From Planctomycetota bacterium (GTDB lineage: Bacteria > Planctomycetota > UBA8108 > SXIK01): a DNA stretch of 64,000 bases. A program made the position numbers and the translations under genes. This document shows positions 10,301 to 19,486 of this stretch, piece after piece (within the stretch, counting starts at the first letter, position 1; each line of letters opens with the position of its first letter). A model generated the notes under the pieces. It saw only the letters and a list, made by a program, of their open reading frames with translations, was not told the origin of the DNA and made no database searches. Location: the NCBI GenBank assembly GCA_965223265.1, contig OZ244999.1:4416001-4480000 (forward strand). Direction: 5' to 3'.

Positions 10301-13300
10301 AAAGCGGCTCCAGACCCGACTCCGGAGTCGCTGTGAACGACGCCGTCGGAGGATCGTTCGGCACAGGAAGAACCGTCAGCACAGCATCCGCGCTCGTCAC
10401 GCTCCCAAAAGCGTTACTCACCTCGACGCTGTAAAATCCCCCGTCATCCGCGAGCGTCAACACCGGCGTCGTGTATGAGCTGCTGGTCGCACCGCCGATC
10501 GGTACACTGTTCAATAGCCACTGATACGACAGCGGCGCTGTTCCGCTCGCCACCACGTCGAACGTCGCGGTCTCCCCTTCGAAAACCGACTGGCTCTGCG
10601 GGTCCTGCGTGATGCTCGGCGGCGACGGCGCCGCGTCCACCGTGATCGACACCGCAGCCGACGTCTCGCTCACACCGCCGTCGTTCGTCGCCACCGCCGT
10701 CAGGCTGTGTGTCCCTACAGGAACACCATTCCAGACGTACTCGTAAGGGCTCGTTGTGTCGCTGCCAAGAAGGCCACCATCGGCATAAAAGTCCACCTGG
10801 TCCACGGTGCCTTCAGGGTCTGAAGCCGTCGCTTCGATCGTCACATTCACTGGCTCAACGTACAAAGTCCCATCCGCCGGTGACGTGATGCTCACAGTCG
10901 GCGGTGGACGACCGCCGCCCTCCCCGACGCCGTACGTCAGCATCCCGTCGCTCATCGACTGGTGCTGCGCTGCAATCCACGCCGCCGAGCGCGTCACGCT
11001 CGAGATGCGCACTTCGTCGAGAACCCCGAGAAAATATGCCGTCGAGCCGGCCACCCGGCCGATATTGAGCGGCTGGGGATTCGCCACCAGCGACGACATC
11101 GTCGAGTCCGTCGTCACGTCCACGCCGTCGAGGTACACCTGGCCCGTTGTGCCGCTCGCTGACGTCGCTATGTAGTGCCACGTGTCCGTGCCAAGCACTA
11201 CACCGTCGGCGCGCAGCGAGTCCGAACCGCTGCCCAGAGACGTGATGCGGCTATTGCTCTGCTGCACCTCGAGGTTGTAACCAAACGGGTCATTCCAGAC
11301 GTTCTTCTTCGAGACGATCCGCGGTGGATGCCCGGACTGCCCAGGCGCAAGGCGGATCCAAGCCTCGATCGAAAGCTGGCCCGTGATCTCCAAACTCGCA
11401 CTTGTCCCCGCGTCGATGAAGTCGTCCACTCCATCAAACGAGCGGGCGCTGCCGATGCGTCCAGCGCTCGGCGCTGTGCCGTTGTCGACACCGTCGTTGG
11501 CGTTCGACGTCGAGTCCTGTGTGCCATCGAGGTGCCACACGCCTGCGTAACCGGCACTCCACACCCCCGCGGCGTCCTGGCCGTCAGGGGCCGAAGCGTT
11601 GTCGTAGTAGAGCATCATGTAGTCAGTCGTCGAGCTCGCGTCGATCTGCGGCACCTTCACCCACACGTGCGACGTGCCCGCCGGGTCCCACGACTCGATC
11701 TCGTGCGACAGTACTGTAAAACCGTCCGCATCGATGAACCGAATGTCTTCGCCTTGCGCTTGCGTCAGCGAATAGTCGATCCGCGTCGCATCCAGCGTCA
11801 CCAGCACCGGGAAGTCCACCAAGTTCTCCGCCTGCGCAGCGTTGTTGAACGTCAACTGACGGCGCTGACCCCACGACGCATCCCACCAGCCTATGTTGCT
11901 CACCGTGATCGTCGTCGTCGTGCTGTCTGTGTCGCCGTCGTCGTCCGTCACCGTCAGCGTCGCAAGGTACGTCCCCGCAGAGGCATACTCGTGCGTCGTC
12001 GTCACGCCTGTGTCACCTTGAGTGTCGCCAAAGTCCCATGAGTACGACACAATCGTGCCGTCCGTGTCGCTCGAGCCAGAGGCGTCAAAGCTCACCAAAA
12101 GCGGCTCCAGACCCGACTCCGGAGTCGCTGTGAACGACGCCGTCGGAGGATCGTTCGGCACCGGAAGAACCGTCAGCACAGCATCCGCGCTCGTCACGCT
12201 CCCAAAAGCGTTACTCACCTCGACGCTGTAAAATCCCCCGTCGTCCGCGAGCGTCAACACCGGCGTCGTGTATGAGCTGCTGGTCGCACCGCCGATCGGT
12301 ACACTGTTCAATAGCCACTGATACGACAGCGGCGCTGTTCCGCTCGCCACCACGTCGAACGTCGCGGTCTCCCCTTCGAAAACCGACTGGCTCTGCGGGT
12401 CCTGCGTGATGCTCGGCGGCGACGGCGCCGCGTCCACCGTGATCGACACCGCGGCCGACGTCTCGCTCACACCGCCGTCGTTCGTCGCCACCGCCGTCAG
12501 GCTGTGTGTCCCTACAGGAACACCATTCCAGACGTACTCGTAAGGGCTCGTTGTGTCGCTGCCAAGAAGGCCACCATCGGCATAAAAGTCCACCTGGTCC
12601 ACGGTGCCTTCAGGGTCTGAAGCCGTCGCTTCGATCGTCACATTCACTGGCTCAACGTACAAAGTCCCATCCGCCGGTGACGTGATGCTCACAGTCGGCG
12701 GTGGACGACCGCCGCCCTCCCCGACGCCGTACGTCAGCATCCCGTCGCTCATCGACTGGTGCTGCGCTGCAATCCACGCCGCCGAGCGCGTCACGCTCGA
12801 GATGCGCACTTCGTCGAGAACCCCGAGAAAATATGCCGTCGAGCCGGCCACCCGGCCGATATTGAGCGGCTGGGGATTCGCCACCAGCGACGACATCGTC
12901 GAGTCCGTCGTCACGTCCACGCCGTCGAGGTACACCTGGCCCGTTGTGCCGCTCGCTGACGTCGCTATGTAGTGCCACGTGTCCGTGCCAAGCACTACAC
13001 CGTCGGCGCGCAGCGAGTCCGAACCGCTGCCCAGAGACGTGATGCGGCTATTGCTCTGCTGCACCTCGAGGTTGTAACCAAACGGGTCATTCCAGACGTT
13101 CTTCTTCGAGACGATCCGCGGTGGATGCCCGGACTGCCCAGGCGCAAGGCGGATCCAAGCCTCGATCGAAAGCTGGCCCGTGATCTCCAAACTCGCACTT
13201 GTCCCCGCGTCGATGAAGTCGTCCACTCCATCAAACGAGCGGGCGCTGCCGATGCGTCCAGCGCTCGGCGCTGTGCCGTTGTCGACACCGTCGTTAGCGT

Positions 13301-16300
13301 TCGACGTCGAGTCCTGAAAGTCGTCAAGGTGCCACACGCCTGCGTAACCGGCACTCCACACCCCCGCTGCGTCCTGGCCGTCAGGTGCCGAAGCGTTGTC
13401 GTAGTAGAGCATCATGTGGTCAGTCGTCGAACCCGCGTCGATCTGCGGCACCTTCACCCACACGTGCGACGTGCCCGCCGGGTCCCACGACTCGATCTCG
13501 TGCGACAGCACTGTAAAACCGTCCGCATCGATGAACCGCAGATCCTCACCTTGCGCTTGCGTCAGCGAATAGTCGATCCGCGTCGCATCCAGCGTCACCA
13601 GTACCGGGAAGTTCACCAGGTTCTCCGCCTGCGCCGCGTTGTTGAACGTCAAGCGATGCCGGCGTGACCAGCTGAGATCCCACCACGATCCGTTGACCGT
13701 GATGGTGTCGCTGATGGAGTCGGTGAATCCGTCGTTGTCAGTGACCGTCAGCGTGGCGGTGAAATCACCCACGGACGTGTACTCGTGAGAGGTCGTGACA
13801 CCGGTGTCGACGCCGCCGTCGCCGAAGGTCCAATCGTAGCTCACGATGGTGCCGTCGGTGTCAAAGGACCCTGACGCGTCGAACTGCACGGTGAGCGGGA
13901 TCTCCCCCGAGGTTGGGGTGGCGGTGAACGCCGCCGTCGGGGGTTGACCGGAACCACTCACGACGCTGACCATGACGGAGTCGACATCGACATGCCCCAG
14001 GTCGTTGATCACTTCAAGGAGTATCTCGTGATCGCCGACAGCGAGAGAGACCTGCGGCGACACGCCCGTCGCCAGCACAGTGCTGTCCGGCAGCAGCCAT
14101 GTATAAGAGGAGATGACCGCACCTGGGTCGTTGCTCGCGGACGCATCGAGAGTCACCAACTCGAACCCGTCCTCATCCGTATCCGTCACCATCTGATCGG
14201 CACCCGCGTCCGCAACGAGCGTTGAGCCGCAGTCGGGCAACACGCGGACATGCGTCGTGGTCGAGAGCCCTGCAGCATCTGAGACGGTGAGAAAGATGCG
14301 ATAGAAGTAAATGTTGCCGTCGCATCCGGCGGGCGAAATGACCGTGCTAGTGCTGCAGTTCGGGTCAACGGGATCGCGGTGATCGTGGTCGTTGTGGATA
14401 AGGAAAGTTTGCCACGCACAGGTCAGTTCGCCTTGGCTGTGCTCCGCGTCCGAAATCGTCGCCGTCAAACTGAACGGGGTGTCACCGGCCATGGAATAGA
14501 GAGTGCCGTCGACTGGACTATCAATCGTGACACTGGGCGGCGTGTTGTTGAGCGAAATCACGACGGTCGCTGTATCGGTTGCACCCCCCGAATCGGTCAC
14601 GGTCAAAACGACATCGAACTGGGTCGGCACCCCAGGCGATGCGGTGAACTGATGGGACGGGTCTGCCTGGGTGCTGATCGGGCTGCCGTCGCCGAAATCC
14701 CACTCGTAGGTCACAGCACCTTCGGGATCAGACGAGTTGCTGCCGGTGAACTGGACCGTCAAAGGTGTGGGGCCGTAGAAAACGTCTGCTGAGGCAACTG
14801 CGGTCGGGTTTTGATTACCGCCGGGTGCGTACGCCACCTCGAAGATCTGGTCAGTATTCCAATCGACGTAGTAGAGCCCGCCGGTCTGGGGATGCGTCGC
14901 GATGTAGACGATCGAACGGGCAGCGCTCGAGTCGAGAAAATCCCTGACTTCTACCGGCTGATCGCTGCCGTCGAAGACGAAGTTACGGATCCACCTGCCA
15001 GAGTAGTCGGCGTGGAAGTAAGTGTCTTTGTACTGCGCTGGGAAATCGTCGGCCGTGTACCACACACCGCCGATCGCCGAATTGCCGCCGAACTGCGGCC
15101 CGGCCACGGGCGAGCCGGCTGCACCGATGTTGATGACGTCGGCGTCGAGTCCATCGTAGATCCCGGTCCGTGATGGGCCGCTCCCATGACGCCAGTCAAT
15201 GGCGGGACGCGTATGGAGAAAAACCTCGACGCTGCCTGGAATGGCCTGCGCTGGATCACAGGGGTTGGGAAAGAACGGGTTAGGATCTAACGTGTCCTGC
15301 TGAATGAGGTCGTTGAAATAGAAAAACTCTTGCGTACAGCCACCGACACCGAAAAGCGGATTGGGAGCATCTTCGTTCGGGACGTCACGCGAAAAGTAGC
15401 CGCTATGGACCGTCAACCCCTCAAACGCCGGCCAGCCAAAATTCTGTCCCGGAGCAGTGGCAACGTGAAGATCTTCCCAGATCTGCCAGCCGACATCGCC
15501 GATGTAGATCGAACCTGGGTTTCCATCTGATGGGGTGTGAGATCCTGAATTCGGCCGCAGCGCAATGCGACAAGGATTTCTCAGCCCAAGCGACCAGACC
15601 CGGGAACGCGCCGAGCGCGGCGCCGCGGCCTCCCAAAATGGATTGCTCGGCAACCCGTCACCAGTGTCTGGATCGAGACGGACGATCTTGCCGCTGAGCG
15701 AACTCAGCATCTGCGACCGATACGCGCCCACGTTCTCGTCTGGGCGGATGATCCCGTCCGCTAACCCGTCGACGTAGTAAGTCTCGGAAGCACTGCCTGT
15801 ATCGGTCGACGAGTAGCTGGCACCGTCGCCGCACGAAGCGATCAGCGTGCCATCGGTTCCAAAGATCAGTCCACCAACGCCGTGAGATTGGTGCAGAATC
15901 GGAAAACCGGTGCTCGCTGTCTCCCCGAGAAGGACCAAGCGGCTGTTCGGATCGATCGCCGTCGCATGCCCGAAATCGTCATCGCCAGGGGGTTTGATCG
16001 CAGTGTAACGGGTGATTCGCCCAATCGTCGCGGCGAAATACTCGTTTTGCGCCGGGTTGTAGCTCGGCGTACCAGCGTGCAGCAGATGATGCCGATCGAC
16101 GACGTAGAGCAGGTAGACATGACCGTTGAGGTGATAGTTGGGGTGGAGGGCGAAACCGAGGAGACCGTAGTCACGCCAACCTCCGACCTCGTCGTTGATG
16201 TCGATGAATGGAGTCGCCAATTTGACTCCGTTCTCAACGATCCAGACGCGTCCGCCGCGCTCCCAGACAAAGACTCGATTCTCGTGATCCTGCGGGTCGA

Positions 16301-16433
16301 ACGTCAGCCCTATGACCTCGTTCCACCCACTGCCGACGGTGGTCTCGACGAAGTCAGGAGGAAGCGCCCACAAAGAGACCGGAAGACAGAAAGCCAGCGC
16401 TAGATGGATCCCTACGTTCGCTCGTCTTGGCAT
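7326..16433 (-). CDS. Giant secreted protein (3035 aa): glucose/sorbosone (PQQ-type) dehydrogenase beta-propeller, PKD/Ig domains, 3x[DUF2341-LamG-Ig(Big)-Ig-PKD] and a terminal DUF2341-LamG
   Basis: Signal peptide ending ...PVSLWA; GSDH motifs GLRNP and GDVGW..WE; PKD motifs WDFGDG and LTVTD; DUF2341-like WW..SW..R..LT...FPVLV...GEDLRF...WVKVP; LamG-like WHY...YLDG...F.G.LDEVRIS. Confidence 0.85.
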   Translation of the reverse strand: MPRRANVGIHLALAFCLPVSLWALPPDFVETTVGSGWNEVIGLTFDPQDHENRVFVWERGGRVWIVENGVKLATPFIDINDEVGGWRDYGLLGFALHPNYHLNGHVYLLYVVDRHHLLHAGTPSYNPAQNEYFAATIGRITRYTAIKPPGDDDFGHATAIDPNSRLVLLGETASTGFPILHQSHGVGGLIFGTDGTLIASCGDGASYSSTDTGSASETYYVDGLADGIIRPDENVGAYRSQMLSSLSGKIVRLDPDTGDGLPSNPFWEAAAPRSARSRVWSLGLRNPCRIALRPNSGSHTPSDGNPGSIYIGDVGWQIWEDLHVATAPGQNFGWPAFEGLTVHSGYFSRDVPNEDAPNPLFGVGGCTQEFFYFNDLIQQDTLDPNPFFPNPCDPAQAIPGSVEVFLHTRPAIDWRHGSGPSRTGIYDGLDADVINIGAAGSPVAGPQFGGNSAIGGVWYTADDFPAQYKDTYFHADYSGRWIRNFVFDGSDQPVEVRDFLDSSAARSIVYIATHPQTGGLYYVDWNTDQIFEVAYAPGGNQNPTAVASADVFYGPTPLTVQFTGSNSSDPEGAVTYEWDFGDGSPISTQADPSHQFTASPGVPTQFDVVLTVTDSGGATDTATVVISLNNTPPSVTIDSPVDGTLYSMAGDTPFSLTATISDAEHSQGELTCAWQTFLIHNDHDHRDPVDPNCSTSTVISPAGCDGNIYFYRIFLTVSDAAGLSTTTHVRVLPDCGSTLVADAGADQMVTDTDEDGFELVTLDASASNDPGAVISSYTWLLPDSTVLATGVSPQVSLAVGDHEILLEVINDLGHVDVDSVMVSVVSGSGQPPTAAFTATPTSGEIPLTVQFDASGSFDTDGTIVSYDWTFGDGGVDTGVTTSHEYTSVGDFTATLTVTDNDGFTDSISDTITVNGSWWDLSWSRRHRLTFNNAAQAENLVNFPVLVTLDATRIDYSLTQAQGEDLRFIDADGFTVLSHEIESWDPAGTSHVWVKVPQIDAGSTTDHMMLYYDNASAPDGQDAAGVWSAGYAGVWHLDDFQDSTSNANDGVDNGTAPSAGRIGSARSFDGVDDFIDAGTSASLEITGQLSIEAWIRLAPGQSGHPPRIVSKKNVWNDPFGYNLEVQQSNSRITSLGSGSDSLRADGVVLGTDTWHYIATSASGTTGQVYLDGVDVTTDSTMSSLVANPQPLNIGRVAGSTAYFLGVLDEVRISSVTRSAAWIAAQHQSMSDGMLTYGVGEGGGRPPPTVSITSPADGTLYVEPVNVTIEATASDPEGTVDQVDFYADGGLLGSDTTSPYEYVWNGVPVGTHSLTAVATNDGGVSETSAAVSITVDAAPSPPSITQDPQSQSVFEGETATFDVVASGTAPLSYQWLLNSVPIGGATSSSYTTPVLTLADDGGFYSVEVSNAFGSVTSADAVLTVLPVPNDPPTASFTATPESGLEPLLVSFDASGSSDTDGTIVSYSWDFGDTQGDTGVTTTHEYASAGTYLATLTVTDDDGDTDSTTTTITVSNIGWWDASWGQRRQLTFNNAAQAENLVDFPVLVTLDATRIDYSLTQAQGEDIRFIDADGFTVLSHEIESWDPAGTSHVWVKVPQIDASSTTDYMMLYYDNASAPDGQDAAGVWSAGYAGVWHLDGTQDSTSNANDGVDNGTAPSAGRIGSARSFDGVDDFIDAGTSASLEITGQLSIEAWIRLAPGQSGHPPRIVSKKNVWNDPFGYNLEVQQSNSRITSLGSGSDSLRADGVVLGTDTWHYIATSASGTTGQVYLDGVDVTTDSTMSSLVANPQPLNIGRVAGSTAYFLGVLDEVRISSVTRSAAWIAAQHQSMSDGMLTYGVGEGGGRPPPTVSITSPADGTLYVEPVNVTIEATASDPEGTVDQVDFYADGGLLGSDTTSPYEYVWNGVPVGTHSLTAVATNDGGVSETSAAVSITVDAAPSPPSITQDPQSQSVFEGETATFDVVASGTAPLSYQWLLNSVPIGGATSSSYTTPVLTLADDGGFYSVEVSNAFGSVTSADAVLTVLPVPNDPPTASFTATPESGLEPLLVSFDASGSSDTDGTIVSYSWDFGDTQGDTGVTTTHEYASAGTYLATLTVTDDDGDTDSTTTTITVSNIGWWDASWGQRRQLTFNNAAQAENLVDFPVLVTLDATRIDYSLTQAQGEDLRFIDADSFTVLSHEIESWDPAGTSHVWVKVPQIDASSTTDYMMLYYDNGSAPDGQDAAGVWSAGYAGVWHLDGTQDSTSNANDGVDNGTAPGAGRIGGARTFDGVDDFIDAGTSASLEITGQLSIEAWIRLAPGQSGHPPRIVSKKNVWNDPFGYNLEVQQSSGRITSLGSGSDSLRASGVVLGTDTWHYVATSASGTSGQVYLDGVDVTTDSTMSSLVANPQPLNIGRVAGSTAYFLGVLDEVRISSVTRSAAWIAAQHQSMSDGMLTYGVGEGGGRPPPTVSITSPADGTSYVEPVNVTIEATASDPEGTVDQVDFYADGGLLGSDTTAPYEYVWNGVPVGTHSLTAVATNDGGVSETSAAVSITVDAAPSPPSITQDPQSQSVFEGETATFDVVASGTAPLSYQWLLNSVPIAGATSSSYTTPVLTLADDGGFYSVEVSNAFGSVTSADAVLTVLPVPNDPPTASFTATPESGLEPLLVSFDASGSSDTDGTIVSYSWDFGDTQGDTGVTTTHEYASAGTYLATLTVTDDDGDTDSATTTITVSNIGWWDASWGQRRQLTFNNAAQAENLVDFPVLVTLDATKLDYAAIQAAGEDLRFIDDDGTTVLSHEIDTWDPTGTSYVWVRVPQIDAVSSVDYIMLYYDNPVAPDGQDAAGVWTAGYNAVWHLNSDLQDSTANINDGVNSGSTAGAGQIGAARSFDGVDDFIDAGTSPSLEVTGQLSIEAWFSLAAGQSGHPPRIVSKKNVWNDSFGYNLEVHQSSGRVTSLGSGTNYLRATGLTLSSDTWYYVATSVDGGTGRVYLDGVDVTADSTLSPLVANPQPLNIGRVAGSTAYFLGLLDEVRISGVTRSAAWIAAQHLSMSDNFITFSN
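8191..13652. repeat. Intragenic tandem repeat, period 1797 bp (599 aa), about 3 copies, plus a diverged fourth DUF2341-LamG module extending to ~7330
   Basis: GTCGCATCCAGCGTCACCAG recurs at 8191, 9988, 11785 and 13582. Shadow ORFs recur identically at 8428/10225/12022 and at 10807/12604. Confidence 0.95.
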
Positions 16434-16545
16434 GCGCTTTCCCTACGTTGACAAAAAGCAAGCGGAAAACTGGAGCGCGGCCGTATTTAAGGCATAAAAC
16501 TAGCCCAGTTGCCCTGATCTCCGCCGTTCGATTGAAGCACCCGCT

Positions 16546-16669
16546 AGATTGTTCCTAGAGATTGTTCTAGTCGAGTGTCGCCCACCCGCCGGCCGAATGC
16601 AAGCTTAACATTATCGGGCTACCCCAACGGCCAGAGCACGCGAGGCACTCCCCCCAAACAACGGCCAGA
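16546..16669. promoter_or_regulatory. Two pairs of direct repeats upstream of the giant gene (possible operator sites)
   Basis: AGATTGTTC at 16546-16554 and 16559-16567; CAACGGCCAGA at 16625-16635 and 16659-16669. Confidence 0.35.
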
Positions 16670-16750
16670 ACGGTCTTGATCGCACCGTTTTCGGATGCGC
16701 GCAATCGCCGGCGCATCACGCCGCGCTCCACCGGCACCCGCGGCGCACCT

Positions 16751-18013
16751 TCAGTTGACGCCGTCTCCGAGACGCCAGAGCGCCAAGCCGCTCCACAGCT
16801 TTGGGTAAAAGTAGGTCGTTTTGTGCGGGAAGACCTCGTGCCCCTCGACGACGCCCCGAAACTCGTCGCGACCTACAGGCTGCATGCGAAAAAGGACGTC
16901 GCCGTCGCCACGCTCGAGCGCCACCCTCTCGCCAGTCCCCTCCTTGAAGTACGTCACGCCCGCAGGTGCTACGCAGCTGCTCAGCCAATCGCCGAGCACG
17001 ACGTCTTGGAGCAAACCGTAACTGGTCGCGGCGACACCTTGGCGGGCACTCCGGAGAGCCGAGGGAAATCGCACCGGATACCCATCGCTGGCAGTCTCAA
17101 TGACCATGTCCCAAGCCTCAGCGGCGGCGACTTGTTCCATCTTCGGGAGGACGCGCTCCAGGGCCTCTGCCGCAGACATGCCCTGCAGCTTCACCATACG
17201 ATGTGTCGCCAGGATCGACAGCCCATCGCTGAACAGATTCGCAAACGTCATGAGCTGCCAGTTCGCGGCGGCGTCCCCGTGCGCGAGCTCGTCGCGGTAA
17301 CGCAGCCCCATGGTGTAGCGGTGATGTCCGTCGGCGATGATCGGATTCTGTGCAGCGAATAGCGTGGTTAATTGCGCCACATCGGCGTCTGCCCCGATGC
17401 GAAAGAGCGCGTGACGCTCACCCGGCTTGGCCTCCACTTCGACGACGGGCTCACCCGCAGCATTCGCCTCGAGAATCGCATCGATGTGCCGTTCAGGATC
17501 CGAGTAGAGGAGAAAGATCGACTCGAGATGGGTTCGCGTCGCATGCAAAAGCTGGAGCCGGTCGTCCACGACCTTGGGGAACGTCTGCTCGTGCGGCAAA
17601 ACCACGCCGTCGGCGAAAGGATGCAGCCTTCCAAGCGCGAGGAGCCCGTGGAAACGCCGCGCCGCGCCGCGCCCGGAAGCCTCTTCTACAGGCACGTGGT
17701 AGTCGACGGTGTAGACGTAAAATCCGGGTGTCTCGTCCTGGCGCAAAACCCCTTTCCCCAGCCACCTCTCCAACTCGCGCGACCGTGATGCATAGTCCAC
17801 CGCCCCTGCCGCACTGTCGGCATCAGAAGCAGCGCCTAAGGTCAATCGCGTCACGTTGTAAGGTGAGCGCTCGAGCAGCTCGGCGTGCTGCGAGGGCGAG
17901 ATCACGTCGTACGGAGGCGCCGTAACGGCCTCCGCTACAGCACGCTCGGGTGGTTCAATCGACCTGAGAACTCCGACGTCGTAGCGGAGAGCACGGAGAG
18001 GAGATATGTCCAT
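16751..18013 (-). CDS. DUF1015 family protein
   Basis: Start MDISPLRALRYD at ATG 18013; motifs PPYDVI, PHEQT, IADGHHRY and PHKTTYFYPK. Confidence 0.85.
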   Translation of the reverse strand: MDISPLRALRYDVGVLRSIEPPERAVAEAVTAPPYDVISPSQHAELLERSPYNVTRLTLGAASDADSAAGAVDYASRSRELERWLGKGVLRQDETPGFYVYTVDYHVPVEEASGRGAARRFHGLLALGRLHPFADGVVLPHEQTFPKVVDDRLQLLHATRTHLESIFLLYSDPERHIDAILEANAAGEPVVEVEAKPGERHALFRIGADADVAQLTTLFAAQNPIIADGHHRYTMGLRYRDELAHGDAAANWQLMTFANLFSDGLSILATHRMVKLQGMSAAEALERVLPKMEQVAAAEAWDMVIETASDGYPVRFPSALRSARQGVAATSYGLLQDVVLGDWLSSCVAPAGVTYFKEGTGERVALERGDGDVLFRMQPVGRDEFRGVVEGHEVFPHKTTYFYPKLWSGLALWRLGDGVN

Positions 18014-18026
18014 GTGGGCGTTGGCT

Positions 18027-19349
18027 TCACTTCTTGGATGGAGTCGACGCGGACGATGCGCGCGCCAAATCCGCTTTAATCTGGTCGTAACACTCGACAA
18101 GGCTGATCAGCGCGTAGGACGTGTCGAGCAGAGGCAAGTTCTCCATCCAACGGTCGCTCGTGTTCACCCAGCTTCCATCACTGGCCTGCATCCCGATAAG
18201 CTTCGCGCTCAGTTCAGCCGCCCAGTCGCGCGGCTCGCCCTTCGCGTCCTTGATCGTTGTCTCGCCGTAAAGGCGCAGAGCCTTCGCCATCGTGTGATAG
18301 TAGTAGAAGAGACCGTGAAGCCCAGCGCTGGGGTTTCGTGCGGTGGCCATCCCCGGATTGAGGTCGATGCTATAGTTGCGCGAGATCCACTCAACCAAGC
18401 GGCGAAAGTCAGGGTCGCTACGCTCGACTCGGGCGTGCAGGAAACTCTTCAGCGCCGCATAACTCATGCTGCCGTAGGACGAAAACACCCGAACACCTCC
18501 GTCGAGCGTCTCGATTGGCCCGCGTGTGGTGTTCGGCGAATAACGTGCGCCGCCGTCGCCCGTGCTGCCGATGCCTTTAGCGCCTAATCTCGGGTCGACG
18601 TCACCCGGTCGGTTGAGACACAAGCGCAGGTACGGCTGAACATGCGTCCAGAGCTCGTCGCTCGGTGAAAGTCCGGACGCCACCAGCGCATCGAGGGCGA
18701 ACTGCGTGTTTGAGAGGTCGCCGCGAAGCCCGCTGCCATAGCCGAAGCCGCCGAAGTGAAGATGCCTCTTCGGGTCGTAACCGGCAGCTGGCCCAAACTG
18801 CAGCCCACGCACGTACTCGCGAGCCCTAGTGATCGCGTCAGCGTATTTGGCGCGATCGAGCTCAACGAGTGCGAGGATCGCCACAGAGGTCTTGTAGTTG
18901 GGTAGTGTCGGGTCCTTGAGGTCGAAGAAGGCGCCACTCTGCCGTTGCCGCGCCAGGATGAAGTCTACCGCCGCCGAGATGTAGGGGCCGTCAGCCTCCG
19001 TGTAGTCGCGAGGATTCCGCGCCAAGGCATAGAGCGCGAAGGTTGTCAGCCCGAGATCCGAGGTGTTCTTCACCCTCACATAAGGACCGTCACCGTACGG
19101 GCCGTAGCCACCGTCCGGGTTCTGTCGCTGCGCAATCCAACGCGAGCCGAGGTCGACAGCCCCCTTGATCCTACCGAGAAGCTGCTCGCGCTCGTCCGTC
19201 AAGGCCACATTCGAGAGCCCCAGGGACGCCACAAACGCGACGGCGCAGAGGAGCTGAATCCGCCCCCAAGCTCGGCGTCGTGAGGTGCTGAAGAGAAACA
19301 TGTCGAACATCTCTGCAGGCGAAGGCGCCGAAAACGCCGTCCACAACAT
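18027..19349 (-). CDS. Secreted prenyltransferase/squalene-cyclase repeat protein (start uncertain)
   Basis: QW-like repeats (QNPDGGY, QASDGSW); motifs GGFGYG..DLSNTQF, YGSMSYA and GLFYYYH; N-terminal signal-like segment. Confidence 0.75.
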   Translation of the reverse strand: MLWTAFSAPSPAEMFDMFLFSTSRRRAWGRIQLLCAVAFVASLGLSNVALTDEREQLLGRIKGAVDLGSRWIAQRQNPDGGYGPYGDGPYVRVKNTSDLGLTTFALYALARNPRDYTEADGPYISAAVDFILARQRQSGAFFDLKDPTLPNYKTSVAILALVELDRAKYADAITRAREYVRGLQFGPAAGYDPKRHLHFGGFGYGSGLRGDLSNTQFALDALVASGLSPSDELWTHVQPYLRLCLNRPGDVDPRLGAKGIGSTGDGGARYSPNTTRGPIETLDGGVRVFSSYGSMSYAALKSFLHARVERSDPDFRRLVEWISRNYSIDLNPGMATARNPSAGLHGLFYYYHTMAKALRLYGETTIKDAKGEPRDWAAELSAKLIGMQASDGSWVNTSDRWMENLPLLDTSYALISLVECYDQIKADLARASSASTPSKK

Positions 19350-19486
19350 AGTCGCGCTCCTTTTCTGCTTCTACTGTGCCGCGTCTTTCCCGGCGCCCTA
19401 TCGACCGTTACGATCCTTCGAAAGTCTAACCGCGCCGACACCGAAATTCGAGCTGCCGCAGCGACGATCGCAAGCGCGCAGCGAGC

